This document shows, piece by piece, positions 54,339 through 64,000 of a DNA stretch of 64,000 nt. The stretch's first letter is position 1; each line of letters starts with the position of its first letter. The notes under the pieces are model-generated. The model was given only the letters and a program-made list of their open reading frames with translations, was not told where the DNA came from and ran no database searches. The translations under genes were made by a program, and so were the position numbers. The DNA is from Camelus ferus (taxonomy: Eukaryota), in assembly GCF_009834535.1 (NCBI RefSeq), contig NC_045696.1, positions 100,814,001 to 100,878,000 of the forward strand, given 5' to 3'.

Positions 54339-56589
54339 GAGGGGGGTGAACAGAGGCTTTGTTCAGTATGGAATGCTGGTTTTTGAAGATACAGAAATTC
54401 TAATAAGTGCAAATTTTCATTTTCTTTCTCCCTTACTGAATAGAAACAAATGATTACCATGCACCAAGTTTTTCCTTCCCCTAAGGTGGGTTCCGGTTTG
54501 TAGACTGGCTAAGTAACACACCTCACAGTGTCTGTGACAATGACTGTCTATAACTCTAGTAGTAGATGCAATACAGGAGTAAGAGCTGTACTGACTGCGT
54601 GTCTTTCCTGCCCAGTCACAGAACTTGCTTTAAATATACGCGAAGGTTCATACAGGGAGAAGACACATTTCATAAAGAATTTAAATAAAAGCAAGTCATT
54701 TTTACTCTTTGAACCACTACATATTGCACTTCAATCAGAATTCACTTTCTTACTAATGTGGAAAGTCTTATAAAAATAAGTATTGTTGATAGGTTTTTTT
54801 TCCCCCTATAATGATGAGAGTCCTTATATTAAATCTACTGGCCATAAAATGCCACTGTGCCTCTCACTTTTAATCCTCTTCTCTCCCACCCTCATCTTCC
54901 ACCAATAAGCAGAGTTGAGTTTAAAATTAAATATTTAAAATTTGCTGCAAGGCATTAAATGAAAAATTGGTAAAACAAGAACAGAATGAATTTTTGTCTA
55001 CTAGTCTCACTCAGTCAATTTTAAAATTTAAATACACTCAGCCATTTATCTTAGGTTCATTTAGAGAGCAGCTATGTTAGGTATATAAGATGTATTAAGT
55101 TTCCCTTCCTCCTTTCTGCAGAAAATTGCATAGCCTTGGATCACAAAGAATGTGCAGATGTTAAATGTTAACTGACTCTTCTATGATTTTTCCACAAGGC
55201 TTTTTCTTTCAGTATTCCATTAAGTGAAAAGGCCTTTATAGCAAACATTACTACTTTATCAATTTTCACCATAATAAGAACTTTCTAAGAAAATAGTGAA
55301 CCTTTTTTATTCTCATAAATTGATATCACCATTTATGAGGGAAGCATAATCTCCAAGAAAGGCAATTTTTCCTTGAAATTTCAATTTGCCTCCATTGTGT
55401 CCATCCTGTTATTATACTAAGTCAATGACAAAGTAACAAGTGAAAAATTAAAACCATTATATTTTAAATGTAAGCTTTCTTAAAACTAAATATTGACCTT
55501 AACTGGTTTGAATAGCTTAAGATTTTGCATTAATTTTTTTCCTAATTTCAAAATACATCCATGTATATAAGTCCCTCAGGATTAATGTTGATTACTTTTT
55601 TCCTGCTAGAACAATTTTATTTTGTTATAGATATTGCAATAAAAAATAAAATATTTGTAAAGGCTAAGGTCATAAAGGAATTATGCAATGAAAGAAAATA
55701 CAATCCACATTGTTATGGAGGAGTAGAGAGTGAGGTGTGCAAATGAGTTAATTGTGCAATTAGAAGTATGGAGGATTTTTATTAAAATTTTTTTGACGAT
55801 TTTGAATTGGATGAATTGGTGGTACTGTTTCAGAAATCTGATACAGATTTATACTGATCATTCAGTAAATGTAATTAGTAGAATATTCTTAAGAATTTCT
55901 TAAGAAAATCCTTTTTTTTTCAGACAACTACAACAAAATAATCTTAAAATAGTCAGGTATAGATCAATAAAAAATGTTATAAAAATACTCTTCATTGTGA
56001 ATAGGAAGATGATGGCAAACTGGTGATATTTTATCTTTATTTTCATGTATAAATATTTCAGGTGGTACTGAGACCGTGTATTCAAAGAGCTCCCCTATAC
56101 CTTACCTGGAGGACTGAATTTCCACTGAAGAAAACTTTCTGGTCTTTACAAGAGTCAAAGAACCTTTGCTGCATTCATGCACCCATTCAAGAAACAGTAT
56201 GTACTGGCACCTTTTATCTGCAAAAAAACTTTTGTTGACTCCCAATTGCTTGTTTTGGGTGCTTTCGATCCATTATTTTGCTATCTGTATCTCCTTTTAC
56301 ACATCCCACTTTTCTCTGACTTTTCATCAGTTAATGGGTGTACTAAAACAAGAAACGATTCTTAACATCCCCTATGTCCCAGACATTGCTGGGGCTGTTT
56401 CTGACCACCTTCCATAAGCCCCTTGCAAGATACTCACTGTTTATCCCTCAACTTCCCTAAATCTATTTCTATTCCTTTGAAATCTTTTGTGACAAAATTC
56501 TTTTGAGGATTCAGGGACAGCCACAAAATACAGTGAAAATCAGAATATGTATGTGGATTACTGAAAATGTTCGGGATTAATGAATTTTC

Positions 56590-57470
56590 ATAGATCAATT
56601 GGTGTAACCCTGGAAGGCATTTGTTGGAGGTCCTGATCGCTCTGCTCTACATTTTTATCAATGACATTAGTGTAAGTTCAGGACACATGCATAACAAATC
56701 TGAAAAACAGATAATACTTGGAATGTTAACATATATTGCTTACAGAATCTCTATAGAATCGTGGTCTGAAACTTCAATAAGAATATGGAATAGCAGATCA
56801 AATATAAAAATATGTAATCTGAGTATTTACCTTAGAATCAAACATAAAGTTCCTAAGAACAAGGAGTGGGAGAGGTGTGGCTTAACAGGAGAATTTTTTA
56901 AAATAAAAGAGTTAAGGATATTAGAAGACAAGCACAATTAAAGTTAGCTATTTAAGATGCCTTATTTTTTAAGTGGTTACCAAAATAATTTATGGAAGCT
57001 AGGCTGTATTGAAAACATGCTTTCAAGAATTCAAGAAGAAATATTTCCTGCTGTATTCCACTTAGCATACATTTGAAAATGGGTAGGGAAAAATGGAATA
57101 GATTCAGCACAGAGTTACAAACAAGGCATTTAAAGTCATTTGTCAAGGGTTTACTTGACATTTGAAGGGTTTTATATAAGCAAATAGGATTGTACTTATT
57201 CTGTATAGCCAAAAGAAATATAACCAGGAAAAATGAATAGAAGCTACTAGAAAGAAGATTTGGATTTATTTAAAGAAATTACTTTTGTACCAGTGAAAGC
57301 CATCTACACTGGAAGAAGTGGCATCAGTGAAAAAAAGATTTCTGATCTGCGAGTGAATTAAGATTAGTCTGGATATTTATGTCTATGTTTAAGGGCCATT
57401 AAGGCATTAAATGCATAATTTAGCTAAAGTAACTTTTATCATTTCTACTGAGTTTGTAAAAATTTATGAT
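56590..57470 (+). mobile_element. L3/CR1 LINE remnant
   Basis: Peptide 'VLIALLYIFINDI' resembles the CR1 RT motif 'VLGPVLFNIFINDL'. The 3' block 'atttgaaggg...acttattctgtatagcc...gaagctactagaaagaagattt' is L3-like. Confidence 0.7.
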
Positions 57471-57589
57471 TTCATACTTTTTGTTACTTCAAAACTAATA
57501 AATTTAATAAATCCTTCCCAGTGTGAACCCGTTTAGCTGAAAACTCTTGAAACAAATCATCCAAAATACGACCCTATTAATTGTTTATT

Positions 57590-57960
57590 AGTTTCTGTAA
57601 CCTAGATTTGCTGAAATTACAAACAACCTCAAATCCTTAGTAGTTTATAACCAAAAGAAGAATAAAGAAAAAAAAAGAAGATTTTATGTTTCACTCATTC
57701 TACACTCATAGTTGACGAGGTAAGTTCTCTGCTACGCTTGTCTTCACTCTAAGACCAAGGCTGAGAGACCTGACATCAGCTCTAACTGTGCTAGTTGCAA
57801 GAAAAGAGAAAAAGAAGGCCCTAAGTACAATTCATACCAGCCACTAATGCCCATGTCTCCAGATACAACTCAGCTACAAGAGAATAAAGAGGAGCAGTGA
57901 TGCAATCAACCTTAGAGCTGAGAACAAATATTTAGTGAAACGCAGTAATGATGGCCACTA
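57590..57960 (-). mobile_element. MLT1 (old MaLR) LTR
   Basis: 'acaaacaacctcaaatccttagtagttta...tcttcactctaagaccaaggctga...aatatttagtgaaacgcagtaatgatggccac'. Confidence 0.65.
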
Positions 57961-58702
57961 TTTTTTGTGCTAAATAGCATGACAGGTATGTGGGACAACT
58001 TTTGATTTGGTGACAGGAAGAAATCTGAACACTGACTTATTTCCTGTAATTCCTGTTCTCCTAATTTTAGACCTGACAGAACAGAAATGGGTTTCAGAGC
58101 AAAAAGTTACCTCGTGTGAAGCTACAGGATATCAAGGAGAGTTTATATGAAAAGTATAAGAGAGTTGATCACATTGAGATTGGAAGATATGAATTAAATA
58201 GATACAATTTTAAATTAAGAAAAATAAAGAGCTTTTCTATTTCTGTTGATTATTCAGTTCACTGGATACTGTGAATACAACTGAAGATGATACATTCCAC
58301 ATTCTGCAATAGTCGCTTTCTTTTTCTATAATTAATTTTTTGAAAAAAGAAATGAGACGAATTTATAAATAACACCACAGGGCAAAGTGTTTAAGACAGA
58401 TAAATTACTGCTTTATCTTTTAAGGATTTAAAGCTGCTAACCACTTATGATAAATAACATTATCATTTTACTATTTTTTTTTTTACTATATTGAATTCTC
58501 TTTAGGCTTCAAAGTCATAAAAGTCCTTACTATATTAAATAACTCACAATTCCAAGAACATATAACACCATCTAATAATTCCTGATATTTATTTATCTGA
58601 ATTAGCCTGTCCACTGACTTGAACATATTGTTTAGAATGATTTTCAACATGTTTTTCCTTCATAAAATCTTTATAAATGTCTCTTCTTTTCCACTACGAC
58701 TA

Positions 58703-59038
58703 CAGGCATACGTAGGAGATATTATGGATTTGGTTACAGACCACCTCAAGAAAGCAAATACCACAATAAAATGAGCCACATGATTTTTTTGGTTTCCAGG
58801 TGCATATAAAAGTTATGTTTACACTATACTGTAGTCTATTAAGTGTGCAGCATTATGCCTAAAAATGTACATTTAAGCCATTAGGTCTAAAAATACATAG
58901 GTTTTAATTAAAAATATTTAACAGCTAAAAAAGGCAACTGTCTGACAACACAGAGTTGCCACAGAACTTCAATTTGTACAAAACCCAGTGTCTGCAAAGT
59001 GAAATAAAGCCAAGTTCCCATAAAACACGGTATGCCTC
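58703..59038 (-). mobile_element. Tigger1 internal-deletion derivative (TcMar-Tigger MITE)
   Basis: Both ends present (caggcatac... / ...gtatgcctc) with TA on each side (58701-58702, 59039-59040). Confidence 0.88.
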
Positions 59039-60879
59039 TACAGGAACACCAAACTAGCTCTACTTTATGTCTTTTATAATCGTTACTCAAGAATGTTGAT
59101 TTGAAAACCTGTGCTGATATACGCTAGCCTTATGAAAATCTAGGAAATATATATAGATGAGAACAAATTGTGCCATTTAAATTACACCTTCAGGACAGAC
59201 TTTTTTCTTCTGGTTGATTGACAATTCTGAACAAGGACTAAGTTAGCAAGAATGATGAACACACTGTAAAATACATATGGAAACAACAGTCCATGCTTGA
59301 CACTGAACCTTGGAGTGAAAAAAGGAAGAATAAATTAGAGTAACAATGAAAATGCACCTGCTCTCCATTTTCCCTCTTCTTTCTCTAGTAACTGTCTGTC
59401 CTTAGTGCAATGCTCCTCTATGTTTTAATGAACATACTCCTTTCAGTAGTTTGCTATTCTTCCCCTGGAAGGATGTAGAATAGGTATAATCAACACTATA
59501 CAGTGTGATAATAGTAGGGACAAAAAAAGGGACGAGATAAGTGATTATAAAATGGATGGAATTTTTCAAATGCTGTAATTTCCTTTTAAATGGTATAGAA
59601 AAAAAAATAAAACCAATGCTTTAGAGTTGATTTGAAGGCTTAAATATACTGAGAATAGAGCTGACACTTGTATTAACATCTTTCTAAATACACACACTAT
59701 CCCCAAGCAGTGAGTTCCTGCAAAGAGAAGCTATGCTTTAGAGCTTTAATGGAGAAAGGATATGAACTATTTCAGAATTAACTGAGAATAATAACTAAAG
59801 ACAAAGGAATTGATTCAGAAGCTAAAAATCATATTATTTATGTACTTATTCTGCAATTTACAAGATATCATTTGTATGCAATGAAAAGAGTGTGGGGACA
59901 AGAGCAAGAATAATCATTCAGTTATGTTCATTGTCCTTATCTTTAACAGTGATTCAAGTTAACTCTAGGGAAACTTGGTAGATGTGGATACATTTTGACA
60001 TTTCAAGTTAAATTATTTTAGTTTATCTTAACCTATATGTTAAACTGAAAAATAAATAGTTCAGGATTCAAGAGAATTTGTCTCCAAGAGTTTAGATCTT
60101 ATATGATAAATTGAACCTTTTTTGATCACAAAAATATTTGTGAAAATTCAAAATGTCACTTTTTTTTTGAAGAAGGATAAGAAAATAGTGGTTATCAAAA
60201 AGTTTATTCTTTTCCTTAAATTTTAATGCATAATTTTCTCTTTGGAAGTATTTACTATGGATAGCAGGTTTGCTTACACAGCTGATTTTACTTTTTACTT
60301 TAATGATATTAAGGTGTTTCAGTCACTTAAATTTACAAATTGGTATAAAAATAAATTCAATTATATTTTACATGAAATTGGCTGATTTTTACAGTGGCTG
60401 TCTTCAATAATCTTTAACTAAAATATTGATCTCTGAAAATAATACTGCATTTAGTAATTTTACTTATGCAAATGGTATACAGTAACTATACAGTTATATG
60501 TAATGAGACATAAGTATCAAATTATTCTGTGATTTACTTCTGTATTAATGTTGAACCAATTTTCATTATAAAAATAAAATGACTAAATCTTTGGGGAAGG
60601 AGTATTTTCACTCAAAAGAATAAACTTACTAATCATTATTAGCAACCAGGTAGAAAAATCTTACAACTATTTATGTTTGGTAATTATCTTGACATTAGCT
60701 ATTCTTCCTAAAAATACAGTATTCAGCAGGTAAAATTCAATTTTTATATTTGTGTTTAATATTATAGTTTCTTAAGTTTGAAAAAGAAAGAAAAATACAC
60801 AAAATTAGGAATTTTTATATATTTTTTTCTATCCACATTCTCTTTTTTTTCAAGTTCTGTGTTTCACAATTTATTTCTC

Positions 60880-61645
60880 TTTAAAAGTTTTATTGACATA
60901 TCATTTACATGTTATAAGATTCACCCATTCAAAGTGAACAATTCAGTTTCTTAGTATAATCCTACGGTTGTACAACCATCACCATAACCTAATTTTAGAA
61001 CATTTAAATCCTCTCCCAAAAGGAATATTCCCCCATTAATAATCACTCTTAATTCTACCCTCCCTGAAGCCCTGAACAATCACTCATCTACTTTCTGTTG
61101 CTGTAAATGTGGGTATCTGGGCATTTTATATTCAATGCAATCATACACACCCTATGTGGCCTCTTATGACTGGCCACTTTCAGTTAACAGAAAGTTTTCA
61201 TGTCTATCAGTACTTCATTTTAACAGACTAGATCACATTTTATTTATCGTTTCATTGGCTGATGGCTATTTCAGTTGTTTCTATTTTTTGGCTATTAAGA
61301 AGATTGCTGCTCTGAACATTTGAGTACAAGTTTTTATATGGATGCATCTTCTCATTTCTCTTGAGTATGTAACTATGGAAGGAATAACTCAGTAATATGG
61401 TACCCGTTAACGTTTTGAGGAGCTGCCAGTTTTCCAAGGAGGCTGTGCCATTAAACATTACCGCCAGTAACGTATGAGCCCTCTGACTTTCCAACATCTT
61501 CAACAACACTGTGTGATTGTCTGTTTATTTTATCCCGTTGTAGTGGGTGTAAAGTCATACCTCATCATGGTTTTGATTTGTACTTCCCTAGTAACTAAAA
61601 ATATGGAGCATCTTTTTATGTGAATACTGCCCATTTGTATAATTG
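60880..61645 (-). mobile_element. L1MB-like 3' end and ORF2 tail
   Basis: 'attcacccattcaaagtg...ttgtacaaccatcacca...ttttgaggagctgccag...atggttttgatttg'. Confidence 0.85.
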
Positions 61646-64000
61646 TCGAGTTAAGACAAAACAAAACAAAACTTGGTGAAACTCCCTAGAGTCAGCAGTT
61701 CTAACTCCACAATATCCTATAAGCTGACCTTAGGCAAAACACTTAACTTCAGTGCTTGAGCATCAAGATTTTAAACCTGGATTAACATGTGTAAGTATAC
61801 TTTAATTAGTCTGCATTATTAGTGTGCACAAATACATGCATACACACACTTGCATTGCAGTATAGTGATTAATTAAAATAAATTTTTAATGTGACTTCTG
61901 TAAGTTTGAATGGAAATCAAGGATATCTTGGATTTTTTTTTCCTAAGGCTTACTATACTTTAGATGAAAGGGGTAAAGAAATATTACATTTCCTCCTACA
62001 ATTTTTATTTAATTGCTTTTTATGTACTATGAGGCAGCACCTGCAAGACTCACACAGGGCATTTTGACATCATTTAACATGTACTATAATAAATCAATCA
62101 TAATATGTGTGATATGATAGTGACAGGTCAAATGAGTCTATCGTTATTTGACCTCATATTTAAAAGAGAAGCAATATCTTGTCTCATTTACAATACGTTA
62201 AAAATATTTTTTAACAAAGCAAATAAAAATTCAATGTACAATCATTCTAATTTTACAGATGAATAAATTGTAGTCTTAAAAGGTGAGGGACAGAGTAGAA
62301 TTATGGCTGGCAGGACGCATGCGTGTGATTTAACTACACAAAACACATCAACACTGGAATAGACTTTCTCATGGATTGAAAGAGACCGGACGTTTAACAA
62401 CTGAGGTATCTATAGGCTACATTTGGTTGGATTTAGGCAAGATCAGCAGTAATTATCTGATTCTATGGGAAGTACAGCTCTATAGATAAAGTATGCATCT
62501 TTCTTAATGGTTTTGTTCAAATATGTAGAAAATTACACGTTATATTATTCTTTGTATTTGTAGTCTTCTCATTCTAACCCAGTTTAAAGACTTTACAAAT
62601 AAAGTAAACCAAAATTTGAAGCATCTCTCAAATATACAAACAATATATGGTGAGCTGATTTGCCAAAAATAAAGCTGATTAAAGAACCTTTCAAATATCT
62701 AAATGGTCTAGAATATACAGAGGAGGCATTCTGTCAAAAATTAACTGCTGGTTAGAAGGAAAAACCATTGTGGGATGTAAAACACAGTCTTTGTACATAT
62801 TTGTCAAACAGATTATGCTTCTGTTAAAAACTCAGCAAGCACTGCGGCTACGTATACTATTAAATTCTATGTTGTTGAATCATGTGACTAAAGGTGATTT
62901 TGCAACTTTGCACATTCAAGGGAAAAACACTTAATATTTCTTCCCACAGGTGAGAGTATAAGATACTTATTAAAGTATCTTTATGTTTATAGTCAAGTCC
63001 AGGACATCTTAAAGGAAATTAATTACATCTCTGCTGCTCTGCCAGAGGCATCCTATGGCTACAAATGCTGACTGGATTTGCAAGGTTTGCAACAAATAAA
63101 CAGACTCCACAGATAAAATGTACACAATTGGAAATTTTGTATGAAACCCAGTAAGTATTTTAATACTAAATTCTACCATTTCTTATTTTCATGAAACTAG
63201 TTATTATCTGTTCCTCATCTGAAAAAAATGACAATAACTGCTATCAATCAAACTCATGATTCAAAAGGGAGTTATTACTGTGAACGTAATCGTAACTGCT
63301 TCCTCTTGCTGGACAAGCATTCTCCGACATCCCTTACTGAAGGGAATTACAGAGAAACACCTCAGATTTCTTAGTATAAACAATAGAGAACAGGGCATTG
63401 AATTCAGAAAGTTAAAATAGAGGAATTAAGAACATAAAGAGCTACTGCTCCCTGAAGTGCTCACTATATAGTGCTTACACTATATAGTCTTGAAAAGGCA
63501 ACCCCAAGTAAGGAGCTGATTGCCTCAATGCCTCTCCTCCCCACTGAATATAAATCAGTGATTCCATCCAGCAAGAGTGCAACACCTTATCTAAAATTTG
63601 TGTTTCCAAAGGGTACAAACTCAAGCTCAGAACTTTATCTAGAGTAACCAGTCCCATAAGAGAAGCTCTATTTTCCTGGTATTTTATGAAGAATAAAGTT
63701 TTTCATAATTAAACAAAAAGGTGTGTGTGTCTGTCTGTCTGTGGGTGTGTGTCTGTGTAGGGGTCACTGTGTAGGGAGAAGTGGAGCACTGGTCTTGTTA
63801 CCAGAGAGGAAAGCTAATTTCTGTTTCCTGTTCCTTTACACTGCAAGGTTCAGAGAAAGGGCAGGGTCAGAAGTTAGGTCACTGTATGAACAAGAGGTTA
63901 GAATGAGGTTCATGACTGCTTGCTGGGGAGATTTAGACACAGACAGGGCATGCTATAAAGAACATTAAATTGGAAATCAAATATATTTCTCTATCACTGA

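Noticed and set aside
1..64000. CRISPR array, operon, defence system, NUMT or non-retroviral viral insert
   Set aside because: No repeat-spacer periodicity, no dense coding sequence and no recognisable mitochondrial or viral peptides. The sequence is typical mammalian repeat-rich non-coding DNA.

Overview
AT-rich, CpG-depleted mammalian non-coding DNA (intergenic or deep intron), most likely from a camelid. The basis is five copies of a tRNA-Ala(AGC)-derived SINE matching the camelid Vic-1 type plus a young L1 lineage. I found no recognisable host protein-coding exon, no functional RNA gene and nothing prokaryotic. The only ORFs with recognisable protein are broken L1 ORF2 pieces and a trace of CR1/L3 reverse transcriptase. 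The rest is a layered record of transposable elements (L1 of several ages, L2, L3/CR1, MIR, LTRs, hAT and Tigger elements) and microsatellites. Family names are from memory of consensus sequences, and boundaries of old elements are approximate. I see no convincing novel biological system. The best-supported oddities are three unusual L1 insertion architectures: a tail-only inverted insertion (33017-33595), a 5'end/inverted-middle/3'end L1MC within one TSD (19676-21909), and a tail-less, TSD-less 3'UTR piece inside an LTR (2419-2684). A possible minus-strand spliced lncRNA, a recursive-splice-like motif and a CpG-rich MIR are speculative.
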